DNA from: Elusimicrobiota bacterium
GTDB lineage: Bacteria; Elusimicrobiota; Elusimicrobia; UBA1565; UBA9628
DNA: 64,000 nucleotides
Direction: 5' to 3'
Assembly: GCA_016218545.1 (NCBI GenBank)
Contig: JACRDQ010000020.1
Location: 34,455 to 98,454 of the forward strand
Shown here: positions 28,075 through 38,900 of the stretch, piece after piece
Layout: each line of letters opens with the position of its first letter
Position numbering within the stretch: the stretch's first letter is position 1
Translations under genes and position numbers: made by a program
Notes under the pieces: model-generated
The model's input: only the letters and a program-made list of their open reading frames with translations
What the model was told of the DNA's origin: nothing
The model's database searches: none

Positions 28075-28225
28075 TTCCAACTCCCTATACATGATGATGT
28101 GCTTCCCCAATGCATACATTATAGGAGGGTCGGCCGGATTTTTGATGGGCCGAAGGGGATGCCGAGCCGCTGAAAAATGGCCTACCAGTTGAGGGCCCTA
28201 TGGCCTACCATGCGCCCAAATCCAG

Positions 28226-28270
28226 GAAATGCAACATGGCTGGTGTCAGACACCAGCCATGTTGCATTTC
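28226..28270. repeat. 45-bp perfect palindrome, copy 1 of a dispersed palindromic repeat family.
   Basis: GAAATGCAACATGGCTGGTGTC-A-GACACCAGCCATGTTGCATTTC. Intergenic, between two minus-strand genes. Confidence 0.6.
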
Positions 28271-28279
28271 TCCGGAGGA

Positions 28280-28873
28280 CTAGTTGCTGTGGAAGATGAC
28301 GGAGGGATTCGAGGGGGAATGCTCGGCCGAGGCGTAGGCCCCCAGCTCGCCGGTCGCGGACTCCTCGGTCGGCAGGATATAGAGCCCCCGCTGGGCTCCC
28401 AGCCGCACGACCCCGTCCTGGACCACGGCCTGGAACACGATGTTGGGGATGCCCACATCCAGGGGGTCCAGGTCCACGGCCTTGGCGAACGCAGCCTCCG
28501 GGATGCGGCACTCGGCGACCACGGACACGGCTTTGCCCGGGATTTCGTTGATGTTGGCGGTCAGACCGTCGCGGCCCTTGGACCGGCAGGAGTACTCCCA
28601 GGTCTCCCCGTCGCGCATGAAGACCTGCAGGGTGAGCTTGGAGTCCTTGGTCAGACCGCGACCGCCGCTGTCGAGGCCGAACTCGAAGCGCACCCGGTAC
28701 CCGCGCCAGCCGTAGCGGTCGTGGAATTCCACGGGCCTTCCCGCGGGATAGAAACCGCCTTCGTCCTGGAGCGTGAACGGGGCTGCCTCAGCCGCTGACG
28801 CGGCCGCCACCAGCAGGACGGATAGGACCGCCTTCCCGAAAAGACCCCTGGCCAGGGAGCTCGGCGCTTCCAT
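28280..28873 (-). CDS. Hypothetical secreted protein.
   Basis: Signal-peptide-like N-terminus (AVLSVLLVAAASAAEAAP) and plausible protein composition. The antisense ORF is an artefact. Confidence 0.4.
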   Translation of the reverse strand: MEAPSSLARGLFGKAVLSVLLVAAASAAEAAPFTLQDEGGFYPAGRPVEFHDRYGWRGYRVRFEFGLDSGGRGLTKDSKLTLQVFMRDGETWEYSCRSKGRDGLTANINEIPGKAVSVVAECRIPEAAFAKAVDLDPLDVGIPNIVFQAVVQDGVVRLGAQRGLYILPTEESATGELGAYASAEHSPSNPSVIFHSN

Positions 28874-28944
28874 ACGGATAGTCTACCCCCTCTTCGTGAA
28901 TAAGTGGTTTCAGCCGTGTTACGGAGTCGGCCCGGACCCTGGCC

Positions 28945-30213
28945 CTACCGGCTCCGGCGGCGGGTCACGGGCTTGTAGTCCGGAGGCGGGAGGAAGTCCT
29001 CGGCCGGGATCTCCTCGACGGAACTGAAGGCGTCGAGCTCCGTGTTGATCTGGTAGAACGGCACGGGGATGTGCTTGGAGACCTTGGCGGTCTTGGTCGC
29101 CGCGGTGTCGACCGCGCCCGTGACCTTCCTGCGCAGCTCCTCCTGGAACACGGCGTACTCGGGGTAGCGCCGCGTGCGCGGCAGGCGCTGGGAACGGGCG
29201 CGGGAGAGCAGGCCCCCGCGTTCCCCTGAGCCGTCGGAGCCTGCCATGCCGTCGATGATCCTCCAGTCGCCGCTGAAGTCGATGGGCCGGAAGTGCGCGC
29301 GGACCGCGTAGATGGGCGCCACGGGCACGAGCCGGCTGGGCCGGCCGGGCTCGCTGGGCCAGGGTGACCGCTGGATCTTCCCGGGCTTGCCCGGCTTGCC
29401 GGCCGGGACCTGGGGCTCGGCCGCGATGGGCTCGGCGTCCTTCCACCACGAGATGGAGCTGGCCAGGGGATAGCCCGGCACGTCCGGGAAAGCCTCCCGG
29501 ACCTGGGTCAGGAGCTCCTGGACCTCCCCCTCCGGGACCTTCAGGTAGGAGGCCACCTCGCGCATCTGGTAGGTCCAGTAGTCCAGCGGGGAGAACCTGC
29601 CACCCGTGGCCTTGCGATATTCGTTCTCGAAGGCGGCCAGGTCCAGGAGACCCTCCTGGAGTTCCCCGGTCAGCGGGGCCAGCCAAAGGTCCTGCTCCAT
29701 GCGGGCCATGCGCTCAAGCCCCATGCCTTCGTCGAGACGCACCTTGACGCCGATCCGGTAGTGCCCCCACCGGAGGTCCCCCACGTCGCGGTCGAGCCTC
29801 CCGCGCTCGACTTCGATCTGGCTGGAGACGATGTGCGCCTGGGGGGCCTGCGCCGCCGCGCCGGCCGAGCCCTCGTAGCGGATGTCGGTCAGGGGCGCGG
29901 TCTCGACGGTCCGGGCCTTGGGGTCCACGTGGAGGGATACGCCCCGGTCGAGGTCTACGATCTCGATGACCCGCACCGGGTCCTTGACGGCCTTGCGCCC
30001 CACCCTCAGCTTGCGCGCGTGGCCCGAGACCAGGCGCATCTTGCGGCCCGAGACCTGGATCCACGTCTTGCCGAAGAGGCCGTTCTCGCCGCCGCTGGTC
30101 TGGGACTGGACGATCTGCACGAGCGAGAGGTCGGCCAGGGCCGGGGAGGCCAGGGCCAGCAGGAGCGTCAGGAGGGCGTTCATCGCCAAAAAAGACAGCG
30201 CCCGGGCGTCCAT
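28945..30213 (-). CDS. Hypothetical secreted protein.
   Basis: N-terminal signal peptide (MNALLTLLLALASPALA), 422 aa, non-repetitive sequence. Confidence 0.45.
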   Translation of the reverse strand: MDARALSFLAMNALLTLLLALASPALADLSLVQIVQSQTSGGENGLFGKTWIQVSGRKMRLVSGHARKLRVGRKAVKDPVRVIEIVDLDRGVSLHVDPKARTVETAPLTDIRYEGSAGAAAQAPQAHIVSSQIEVERGRLDRDVGDLRWGHYRIGVKVRLDEGMGLERMARMEQDLWLAPLTGELQEGLLDLAAFENEYRKATGGRFSPLDYWTYQMREVASYLKVPEGEVQELLTQVREAFPDVPGYPLASSISWWKDAEPIAAEPQVPAGKPGKPGKIQRSPWPSEPGRPSRLVPVAPIYAVRAHFRPIDFSGDWRIIDGMAGSDGSGERGGLLSRARSQRLPRTRRYPEYAVFQEELRRKVTGAVDTAATKTAKVSKHIPVPFYQINTELDAFSSVEEIPAEDFLPPPDYKPVTRRRSR

Positions 30214-30237
30214 GCCCGGGCGCTGCTCAGGGCACGG

Positions 30238-30852
30238 CTACCGGTCCCCGGTCTCCTTCTTGGCCTTGGGGGCCGGGGAGGAGTCGGCGGCCTCCGCATC
30301 AGGCTCATCGGACTTGACCTCCTCGGCCAAAGTCTCGATGTCGGAGGAATACTTGCTGATCTTGCCCTTCAGCTCGTCCTTGAGGGTAGCGTCCCCGCCG
30401 CCGCTGTACTTGGCGGCCTCGCGGTCGAGGTCGTCGAAGGCCTTCTCCGCCCGCTGGTAGACGTTCTCCTCGATCTCCGCCTTGAGCTCGACCGCCTTCT
30501 CGTAGAGGCCCTCGAGCTTCTCGTATCTCCGGTCGAACTCCGCGACGGACAGGTGGCTCTTGTTGTGCATGTCGCAGAGGACCTTGTACCTGCTGATGAG
30601 CTGCTGGCTCATGCCGTTCCACTGGACCCCGGTCTGCCTGCCCCAGGTGACCTCAGGGCCGACCTTGGCCGCGAACGCCACGCTCATCTTGAAGCCCAAC
30701 GACAGCGATTTCTTCTTGGTGTCGTGGATCCGGCAGTCCAGCTTCTCCCTCTTGATCTTCTTCGCGCAGGCGTCGTCCACGCACATCGTGACCTTCCCCG
30801 CCCAGGAAGGCGAGGCGTTGAGCGCCAGGGCCAGCATCGCGATCAGGTGCAT
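30238..30852 (-). CDS. Hypothetical secreted Lys/Glu-rich protein.
   Basis: Signal peptide MHLIAMLALALNASPSWA. Coiled-coil-like charged C-terminus. Local GC is slightly lower than the surroundings. Confidence 0.4.
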   Translation of the reverse strand: MHLIAMLALALNASPSWAGKVTMCVDDACAKKIKREKLDCRIHDTKKKSLSLGFKMSVAFAAKVGPEVTWGRQTGVQWNGMSQQLISRYKVLCDMHNKSHLSVAEFDRRYEKLEGLYEKAVELKAEIEENVYQRAEKAFDDLDREAAKYSGGGDATLKDELKGKISKYSSDIETLAEEVKSDEPDAEAADSSPAPKAKKETGDR

Positions 30853-30879
30853 AGCATCCTCCTCAATGATCCGGCCACG

Positions 30880-31914
30880 CTACTGCGGCTTGCCGCAGGA
30901 AGGGCAGAACTTGGCTCCAGGGGCGGTCTCCGCCTTGCAGTGCGGGCAGGCCGCGGGCCCCGCGGGTTTGCCGCAGGACGGACAGAAGCGCGCTCCTGCC
31001 GGCACCGCGGCCTTGCAGGACGCGCACGCGGCCCCCACGCCTCCGGCCGCGGCCTGGCCCAGGACCCCTCCGACGATCTGCCCCATGCCCGCGCCCGCGC
31101 CGACCCCCATCCCCAGGCCCATGCCCGCGCCCATGGCGCCGCCCTCGGCACCCGCCGCCTTCTCCATGGTGTCGAAGGTGCGCTTCGTCTTGTAGCCCTC
31201 GCCCAGGATGTCCATCTCGGCCTTGTCCGCCATCGCCTTCTTGAGGCGCATCACGCTCTCGTCCGTCTCGGGAGCGTCGATCGAGTTGACGAAGAAGTTC
31301 ACTATTTGGACACCGAACTTGGCGAAGTCGTTCTCCATCTTCTTCTGGAGGGCCTCGGAGATCTCCTCAAGGTAGGCGTTGATCTCCAGGATGGTCACCC
31401 CCTGCTTGATGACCGTCTCGGCCAGGTAGTCCTTGATGCGGGTCAGCAAGGCCCCGCGGAAGTGGCTGCTCAGGGCATCCACCGTGAACTCGTTCATGGT
31501 GCCGGAGAGCTGGACCACGAGCTTGCGCGAGTCCGCGACGCGCACGCCGAACTGGCCGTGGGCCCGGACCGGCAGGAGCACCTTGAACTTCGGGTCCTGG
31601 AGCTGGATCGGGGTCGTCGTGCCCCACTTGACGTCGAGGTTGACCGCCTTGTTGACGAAGTAGATCTCGGCCGCGAAGGGGGTCTTGTTGCCGAAGGGCA
31701 GCTTGATGAGGGCCCGGAGGAGCGGGATGTTGGAGGTCTCGAGCGTATGGGTGCCCGGGCCGAGGATATCGAGGAGCTGGCCGCCCTTGAAGAAGAGGGC
31801 CTCCTGGGACTGGTTGACGATGACCTGGGTGCCCCAGGTCAGGTCGTCGGGAGGGTGGCGCCAGATGAGGACGTTGCCCGGACCGTCGTATTTTACCCGA
31901 TCGATGATAGCCAT
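30880..31914 (-). CDS. SPFH/Band-7 family protein (YdjI-like) with tandem C-terminal zinc-ribbon motifs.
   Basis: N-terminus MAIIDRVKYDG...LIWRHP...QVIVNQSQEALFFKGGQ is typical of the YdjI-type SPFH family. C-terminus has two CxxC-x12-CPxCGKP ribbons. Confidence 0.75.
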   Translation of the reverse strand: MAIIDRVKYDGPGNVLIWRHPPDDLTWGTQVIVNQSQEALFFKGGQLLDILGPGTHTLETSNIPLLRALIKLPFGNKTPFAAEIYFVNKAVNLDVKWGTTTPIQLQDPKFKVLLPVRAHGQFGVRVADSRKLVVQLSGTMNEFTVDALSSHFRGALLTRIKDYLAETVIKQGVTILEINAYLEEISEALQKKMENDFAKFGVQIVNFFVNSIDAPETDESVMRLKKAMADKAEMDILGEGYKTKRTFDTMEKAAGAEGGAMGAGMGLGMGVGAGAGMGQIVGGVLGQAAAGGVGAACASCKAAVPAGARFCPSCGKPAGPAACPHCKAETAPGAKFCPSCGKPQ

Positions 31915-31921
31915 GGTGACC

Positions 31922-32719
31922 TTAGCCTAGCATATCCTCCCCGGCTTTTTCAGGCGACCCTGCCCGGGCGCGGAGCCGGACCAGGACCGTCTGAAAATCC
32001 TCGGGCGGCTCGCACCGCACGGTCCTCACGGCCCCGCCCGCGGACCGGAAAGAGACCGAAAGGCCGTGGAGCATGAGGCGCGGAGCCCCGCCCACGGGGC
32101 GCTCCTTGCCGTAGAGCCGGTCGCCCAGGATGGGGTGCCCGGCGGCATAGAGGTGGACCCTGAGCTGGTGTCGGCGGCCGGTCACGGGCGCGGCCTCGAG
32201 CAAGGAGGCGTCCCGGAAGCGCTCGAGCACGCGCCAGCGCGTGAGCGCGTCCTTGCCCCCTTGCGCCACGCCCATGCGTCCGGAGCCGAACTCCTTGATG
32301 GGGCGGTCCATGGAGCCGTCGCGCTCCACGACGCCCTGGACGGCCGCGAGATAGGTCTTGCCGGTCTGCCGCCGCTCGAACTGGAGGCACAACGCGCGGT
32401 GGGCCGCGGGGTCCTTGGCGAAGAGCACGACACCGCTCGCGTCCCGGTCGAGGCGGTGGACCACGAAGACCTTGCCGCGGGCCGCCTCGAGCTCCTCCCT
32501 GAGGCTGGGGGCCGCAGACGCCCCCCGCCCGGGGATGACGTCGACGCCGGAAGGCTTGGCCAGGGCGAGGACGCCCTCGTCCTCGTAGAGGACCGTCAGG
32601 CCTCGACCGAGTTGAGGAACCGTGCGCTCTCCTCCGGCAGGGAGGTGTTGATGAACATCCCGGACCCGAGTTCGAAGCCCGCGGTCTTGTTGAGCCGCAC
32701 CACGAGGCTCAGGTACCAA
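31922..32719 (-). CDS. RluA-family pseudouridine synthase.
   Basis: HRLDRDASGVVLFAK catalytic motif, YLAAVQG and LHLYAAGHPILGD motifs. The true start is probably internal, because the track start overlaps the galT 3' end. Confidence 0.7.
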   Translation of the reverse strand: MVPEPRGAAQQDRGLRTRVRDVHQHLPAGGERTVPQLGRGLTVLYEDEGVLALAKPSGVDVIPGRGASAAPSLREELEAARGKVFVVHRLDRDASGVVLFAKDPAAHRALCLQFERRQTGKTYLAAVQGVVERDGSMDRPIKEFGSGRMGVAQGGKDALTRWRVLERFRDASLLEAAPVTGRRHQLRVHLYAAGHPILGDRLYGKERPVGGAPRLMLHGLSVSFRSAGGAVRTVRCEPPEDFQTVLVRLRARAGSPEKAGEDMLG

Positions 32720-33588
32720 TGGAAAGCCTCGGTCGTGCCCCGGTCGAGCGGAGCGGACTGGATGACGTAGTTATAGGCCGGGTCGCCCAGGCCCTTGTCG
32801 ACCTTCCTGAGCACGCCCTGGAGGACCCCGGCCAGGTCTGTGATCTCCTGGTCCATGATGTCGCCGAAGCTCGCGGTGTGCCTCTTGGGCAGGATCCAGA
32901 TGTGGAACGGCGAGAGCGCGGCGAAGAGCACGAAGGCGGTGAAGTGCTCGGTGTCGGCCAGGATGCGCGCTCCCTGCTTGCGCTCCTCCTCGATCATCCG
33001 GCAGAAGACGCAGCGGGCGTTGCGCTGGTAATACTTCTCCGCCTCGTCCATGCGGTGCCTGATGCCCGAGGGCACGACGCTCGAGCCCACGAGCTGGCTG
33101 TGGGGGTGCTCCAGGGAGGTCCCGGCAGGCTCGCCGTGGTTCTTGAAGATGAGGGTCAGCGAGACCTTCTCCCGCTTGACGCATTCCTGGAAGCGGGCGC
33201 GGTAGACGGCCAGCAGGTCCTTCATCTCCTGGGTGGAGAGGTGCGCGGGATGCTTGGCGTGGGAGGGAGAATCGATGATGACCTCGTGGATGCCCTCGCT
33301 CGGGAGCATGTGATAGACGCCGGCCTGGGTCTTGGGGGCCGGCGCTTCCTCGACGAATGCAGGGAACTTGTTCTTGACGGCCCGGACCTTCCACCTCTTG
33401 GGTTCCCCGAGGGAGAAGACCGCCTCGGATCTATCCTCATTGCCCGGGCAGAACGGGCAGGCGGCGCTGTGCTCCGGGCCGGCGGGCCTGGGCTTGAGCT
33501 GGGATTTGAACTCCTCAGGCCTCAAGGCTCGCTCCGTGGCGACGATCACCCACTCCTTGGTGGCGAGGTTCTGTCTCAGTTCAGGCAT
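32596..33588 (-). CDS. galT: Galactose-1-phosphate uridylyltransferase (HIT-family GalT).
   Basis: CPFCPGNE zinc motif and HPHSQ active-site motif. ATG at 33588 has a GGGGGAG RBS. Confidence 0.85.
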   Translation of the reverse strand: MPELRQNLATKEWVIVATERALRPEEFKSQLKPRPAGPEHSAACPFCPGNEDRSEAVFSLGEPKRWKVRAVKNKFPAFVEEAPAPKTQAGVYHMLPSEGIHEVIIDSPSHAKHPAHLSTQEMKDLLAVYRARFQECVKREKVSLTLIFKNHGEPAGTSLEHPHSQLVGSSVVPSGIRHRMDEAEKYYQRNARCVFCRMIEEERKQGARILADTEHFTAFVLFAALSPFHIWILPKRHTASFGDIMDQEITDLAGVLQGVLRKVDKGLGDPAYNYVIQSAPLDRGTTEAFHWYLSLVVRLNKTAGFELGSGMFINTSLPEESARFLNSVEA

Positions 33589-33627
33589 GTCTCCCCCTGC
33601 CGGCACCGGCAACCGCATTCTACAATA

Positions 33628-34446
33628 TCAGGAGTCACGGACGAGCTTGGCCTCCTCCGGGCCTTCGACCGGCACCACGACCCCGACCGCGGAACCCACG
33701 GCCACGTCGCTGAAGAGGCGGTAGCCCACCCGGCGGCTGACCGAATGGTCCGCGCCCCCGTGGGAGAAGCGGACCGTGAGCTCGACCTCTCCCCACGGAC
33801 CCGAGGAGAGCTGCCGGACCGAGGTCACGATGCCGCGGAAGAGCCTGGCCTGAGCGCGGCGCCTGCCGCGCGCCCTGGCCCACAGGAAGAGCAGCAAGGC
33901 CGCGGGCAGGACCGCGAGGACGAAGAGCCCCACGTCCAGGAGCCGGATGGGGAGCTTGCGCATCGCTCCGAGCACGGCCCCGGCCGCGGCCGCGGCGGCG
34001 CCGCCCGAGGCGAGCACGAAGGCCAGAGCCGCCACCCCGTCGGACCCGAAGACCGTGGCGGTCTCCATCTCGGTCAGGGGCCGGCCCTCGGGCCCCGGCC
34101 CCCCTCGAGCAGGGGCTGGGGCGACGGCGGCCTGGAGCTTCTCCACCTCGCCCGCGTCGAACCAGGTCCCCCCGCACCCCGGACAGGCCTCGAGCACGAT
34201 GTCGGCCGACTCGAGCCTGGCGTGGAGCATCATCTTCTGGCACCGCGGGCAGGAGAAGTCGGAAGGGGAGACCGACCGGAACGCCGCGCCGAGCTCCTCG
34301 TAGAGGCGCTGGGGCTGGCGCACGAAACGGTAGATCTCGGATTTGTCGAGCCAGGCTCCGGAGCAGGCCCGGCAGAGGTCCACGGCCAAGCCGGGGCCGG
34401 CCTGGACCTCGGTGAGCTGGGCGTCGCGGCACTTGGGGCACTTCAT
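33628..34446 (-). CDS. Zinc-ribbon (zf-TFIIB-like, two copies) membrane protein.
   Basis: MKCPKCRDAQL...CRACSGAWLD and CPRCQKMMLH...CPGCGGTWFD motifs, followed by two hydrophobic helices. Start at the ATG of MKCPKC with an upstream GGAG. Confidence 0.5.
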   Translation of the reverse strand: MKCPKCRDAQLTEVQAGPGLAVDLCRACSGAWLDKSEIYRFVRQPQRLYEELGAAFRSVSPSDFSCPRCQKMMLHARLESADIVLEACPGCGGTWFDAGEVEKLQAAVAPAPARGGPGPEGRPLTEMETATVFGSDGVAALAFVLASGGAAAAAAGAVLGAMRKLPIRLLDVGLFVLAVLPAALLLFLWARARGRRRAQARLFRGIVTSVRQLSSGPWGEVELTVRFSHGGADHSVSRRVGYRLFSDVAVGSAVGVVVPVEGPEEAKLVRDS

Positions 34447-34477
34447 GGCGCTCCGATTATAATATATCGTATCCCCC

Positions 34478-35236
34478 ATGAGCGCGGTCCCTGCACTGCC
34501 CGGCGGAAGGAAGTCCCCGGCCCGCGTGGGCTGCTGCGGGTTCCCGGTGGCGCAGTCCACGTACTACGGGACCTTCGACGTGGTGGAGCTCGACTCGAGC
34601 TTCTACCAGCCCCCGAAGCCCGCCACGGCGGAGCGCTGGCGCGCCGAGGCTCCCGAGGGCTTCCAGTTCATCGTCAAGGCCTGGCAGCTCATCACCCACC
34701 TTCCCACGAGCCCGACCTACCGCAAGCTCGGAGCCGACCACCCGGCCAGGATCGAGCGCTGCGGCCACTTCCGGTCCAGCCCCGAGGTGCGGCTGGCCTG
34801 GGAGCGGACCCTGTCGCTGGCCAGGAGCCTCAAGGCCTGCATGGTCCTCTTCCAGACGCCGCCGAACTTCCGGCCCGACCCGGACAAGCTGCGGGACCTC
34901 TACGCCTTCTTCGAGAGGATCGAGCGCGGGAACTTCCTCGTCGCGTGGGAGCCCCGCGGACCGGGCTGGAACGAGCGCCTGGTCGGCCGCATCCTCTCCG
35001 ACCTCAAGCTCGTGCACGCCGGAGACCCCCTGGCGGCCCCTCTCCAGGGCCGCATCGGCTACTTCCGCATGCACGGCGCCTACGAAGAGGGCCGCATCGT
35101 CTACCGCCACCGCTACTCGGACGCCGAGCTCGCCAAGGTCGCGAGCCTCGCCCGGGCCCAGCCCACCTACGTCCTCTTCAACAACTCGGAGATGTTCCGG
35201 GACGCGGGACGCTTCTCCCTGCTCCTCCGGCGGTGA
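34478..35236 (+). CDS. DUF72 family protein.
   Basis: RVGCCGF...FDVVELDSSFY...W...GFQFIVKAWQ matches the conserved DUF72 N-terminal signature. Diverges from the previous gene across a 31-bp AT-rich spacer (ATTATAATATAT). Confidence 0.7.
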   Translation: MSAVPALPGGRKSPARVGCCGFPVAQSTYYGTFDVVELDSSFYQPPKPATAERWRAEAPEGFQFIVKAWQLITHLPTSPTYRKLGADHPARIERCGHFRSSPEVRLAWERTLSLARSLKACMVLFQTPPNFRPDPDKLRDLYAFFERIERGNFLVAWEPRGPGWNERLVGRILSDLKLVHAGDPLAAPLQGRIGYFRMHGAYEEGRIVYRHRYSDAELAKVASLARAQPTYVLFNNSEMFRDAGRFSLLLRR

Positions 35237-35259
35237 CCTCCCTCCGACCGCGACCAGCC

Positions 35260-35970
35260 ATGCCGCCGACCCCGCTGCCGCAGAGGCTCGCAGACCTGCT
35301 CGCCCGGGACGATATCCATGGGGCGGTCCGCGAGTACCACGAGCTCCTCAGGACGGAGCCGGACCGAGACCGGCTCCGCGTGACGTTCGCCGAGCTCCTG
35401 GCCGCGCACGGCTGGGCGGAGGAGGCCTTCCAGCAGGTCCGCCGCTCCCTGCCGCGAGCCGAAGGCGAGGAGGGCCTCCTGGAACGGTGTCTCGCGGTCC
35501 TGGACTCGCTCGAGCTCCCCGCGGCCAGGGAGCTCGCAGCCTCATGCAGGACCGGCCTCGCGGACCGTCGGAAGCGGGCGCGCCGGCTGCTCCTCGCCGG
35601 GACGGGGCTCGGGCTCGTCTTGACCCTGGCAGCAGTCCTCCACGGGCTCGGCCGCGACGCGAAGCCGGGGCCTGAGCTCATCTGCCGCGAGTTCCCCAAG
35701 GGAGCTCCGGTCAACGGCCTTCCCGAGCGGGCCTCCCAGCTCGAGCTCTACCGTCTGGTGCTCGAGACGCTTGACGGAAGGACCGTCCTGGACAAGCCCA
35801 TGGCGGCGCTCACCCCTCAGGACCTGGCGGCGCTCCAGGAGCGTCTGACCGGGCTCGAGGGCCGGGCGGTCCTCACCAACCCTCCTTCCATCTCGGTCAA
35901 CCGGTGGTGCGTGGTGGAGTTCGCCGGAGGGCGGGTCGTCAAGTCGGAGTCGCTCAGCCACGCCCCGTGA
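35260..35970 (+). CDS. Hypothetical membrane-anchored protein.
   Basis: In-frame ATG inside a longer artefactual ORF. One TM helix LLLAGTGLGLVLTLAAVL. Fills an otherwise gene-free gap. Antisense ORFs are Ser/Arg/Pro-rich. Confidence 0.35.
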   Translation: MPPTPLPQRLADLLARDDIHGAVREYHELLRTEPDRDRLRVTFAELLAAHGWAEEAFQQVRRSLPRAEGEEGLLERCLAVLDSLELPAARELAASCRTGLADRRKRARRLLLAGTGLGLVLTLAAVLHGLGRDAKPGPELICREFPKGAPVNGLPERASQLELYRLVLETLDGRTVLDKPMAALTPQDLAALQERLTGLEGRAVLTNPPSISVNRWCVVEFAGGRVVKSESLSHAP

Positions 35971-35980
35971 CCGCCGCAGC

Positions 35981-38900
35981 CTAGGGGAGCCAGAAGTCCC
36001 GCGGATAGAGCCGCACGAGGCGCTCGCCTTCGCCGTTGGCCTTGAGGAAGGCCTCGTAGTCGTCGAGAAGCGGGGCCGGCCCGATGGCGAAAGCCGAGGC
36101 CCCGGGAGCGTCTGCGACCTTCGGCCCCAGCCCGACCAGCACGCGGCCGAGCACCGGCGCCAGGCGGCGGCGCACCTCTGCGAGGGTGCCGGGACGACGG
36201 GCCTTGGCCACGAGGCCGGACTTGAAGGCCCGCACGGTCTCGGAGGAGACCCCGTCGGCGAGGTTGGCGGCCATGGCGTAGCCGCGCGTGGCGAAGTCCT
36301 CGCTGCCGCGGTAGTCCCCGAAGGAGTTGGCCAGGGCGTACTCTAGGAAGAAGGGCGCGTCCACGGCCGCGGACGAGGCGACTGCGACCGCAAAGCCCAT
36401 GGTGGCGGCCAGGCTCGGGCAGCGCTCGGCGTAGTAGCCGAGCCTCCCGTTCAAGGGGCTTGCTCCCACCCCGTTGCCGTAGGCCAGGCCCTCGGCCCAG
36501 GTCCTCATGAAGAGGCTGTGCCCGGCCGAGCCGGCCAGGACGTTGGCGGCCAGGAAATCCACGAGGTCGGACTCCCCCAGGTCCCGGTAGGACGGCCCCT
36601 TGGCCGACATGACGAGGACCCCGGACTTGGTCCCGTTGTTGACCAGGGCCACGTGCACCGGCCTGCGGCCGTCGCGAGCCGACGGCTCGCGTCCGGCGAG
36701 CCTCGTGAGGACCACGGGTTGCGAAGGCTCCGCCGGGCCCGGGTCTCCTGCCGGGGCCAGGCGCTGCGCCGCGGCTTTGAGCCTGCGGAGGGCCTCGTCC
36801 ATGGCCGCGTCCCCGCCGGTCAGGCTGACACGGACGCGGCCTTTTCTCAGCACGAGCGCCCGGAGCTCCACGAGCTTGGCGATGGCCGCCCCGGAGCCCA
36901 CGCCCAGGTCCGCGGAGAGGGTCCGGGCCAGGCCGCCTAAGTCCTCGCGCCAGGTCTCCTCAGGCAGGGACGCGAGGTCCCACCTGAGGCCCTCGGCCAT
37001 CTCCGGGGGCAGCCCCCCGATGACGGCCAGAGCCTCCTTGCGGCCCTTGGCCGAGGCCGTTGCCGCGACCTCGGCCAGGACGGAGCGCAGACGCCCGAGC
37101 TCCCCGGGAGCCGGGTCTTCGAGCATCCAGCGCAGGCGGTCGAGGTGGCGGAGCTTGGTGAAGGGGCTGCGGATGCTCATCCACGCGGGCTGGTCCTGAT
37201 AGAGGTAGGCCATGGCCGGCTCGCGCACCCAGTACTCCTCCCGCTGCTGGGTCATGGTGCGCAGGGCCTGGACGCGCTCGCGCGTCATGTCCAGGAGCCG
37301 GTCCCGCGACCCGGACCCGAGCCCGCCGCGGAAGAGGCAGGACTCCATCCACTCCACGGCCTTGGCGACCTCGGCCCGGCTGGAGGAGGCCGCGGTCAGG
37401 GAGAGTTCGAGCCTCCCCGTGGCCGGGTTGGCCGCCACGTCGCTGGAGAGCTCGTAGATCTCCCGGCGGTAGCGCTCGATGGCGGCGCTGTAGTCCAAAG
37501 ACTCGCCCCCCGGCGTGGTGACGCCCGTGCCCGTGAGCGTGTCCGCGAGCAGGGGAAGATAGAGGTGGTACTCGGCCGGCACCCGCGAGAGGTCGAAGAA
37601 GAGGCCCATCTCCGTGAACGGCGAGTCGCCGACGCGGCTCAAGACCGCGGCTCCGATCCCCGGGAGCTCCCTCTGCCTGACCGCGAGCTCCGAATCGAGC
37701 GTGAGCGGCGGGTCCTGGACGAAGGAGGCCTTCTCCACCTTCTTGTCCCTCTCCTCGAGCTCCAGGGCCGCGAGGTCGCTGACCCTCTTCACGGCGGCCA
37801 GGGCGGCCTGGAGGTCGCGGCCTCCGGAGGAGGCCAGGGCCGCGGCCTCGAGAGCCTTGACGCGTCCGGCCTTCTCGCTCTTCTGCCTCTCCAGGAGTTC
37901 GTGGTCGGGCTTCAAGGAAGCGGCATAAGGCCGCGCCAGGAGGCCGGCCTTGGAGGCGGCTTCTGCCCAGACATTCTCTCCGGCGGCGATGCGGGCCGAG
38001 AGGCGCTCCACGGCCTGGGTCTGCGGCACGGACTTGCGGAAGCTCCGCGAGGAGGCGTTGAGCCGCTCGAGGTACTTGTGCCACGCCACGCCCCCGGAGC
38101 GCATGCCGAAGCGCGGAGGATTGTCCATGAACTTGAGGAGCTGCCTGCGCCGGGCGCTGATGAGGGACGCGGCCTTGGCCGCCACGGAGGCCAGCTCCGG
38201 GCTGCCCGGCTTCAAGCCTGCCAGCCAGGCCACGCGGTCATGCACGGCGCGGGCCAGGAGCGCGAGCCCCTCCCGTTCGACCCGGTCCGCAGGGAGGCCC
38301 GAGAAGCCCACGACCGGCAGGTTGGAGGGCGGGTCGTCGAGGTAGGCGCCCACGGAGGCGACCCCGAAATCGGCCTTCCTGGTCCGCCGGTCCACGGTGT
38401 CCTTGTGCAGGTAGGAGGTCTCCCCCCCCGCGAGCAGGTCCAAGAGCACGCCCAGGGCCAGGGAGTCCTCGGCGGACAACGACGGCAGGGGCCGCCAGGC
38501 CAGGCGCACGTCCTGCGGGGCCTCGGCGTCGGCCGAGGGATAACGGCCGATGCCCATGCTCCCCTCCTCCGCGGGCTGGAACGGGGGCAGGACCGCCGGC
38601 CCTCCTCCTCCGGCCCCCGTCTTGGAGAGGATGGCGCCAAAGCGCATGAGGAACGAGAATGGGTCCTCGTCCGCGGGCAGGGCGATCACCGCGTTCATGC
38701 CCGGACCGAGGCGGTAGTGCCGTGCGTGGAAGGCGCGCGCCTCTGCCGCGTTCACGGTCCGCATGGCGTCCGGCGCGCCCGCGAAATTGCGGCCCAGCGG
38801 GTGCCCGGGGCCGAACGCCAGGCGGCTGAGCTCGAACCAGCCGGCCAGGTCGGTCTTCTCCATGCCCGAGACCATCTCGTTGTAGACCGTCCCCTTCTCC

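Noticed and set aside
32719-35970. 1083-aa plus-strand ORF
   Set aside because: Runs antisense through galT and the zinc-ribbon gene and in a different frame through DUF72. Only its last 236 codons (35260-35970) are plausibly coding, and they are called separately.
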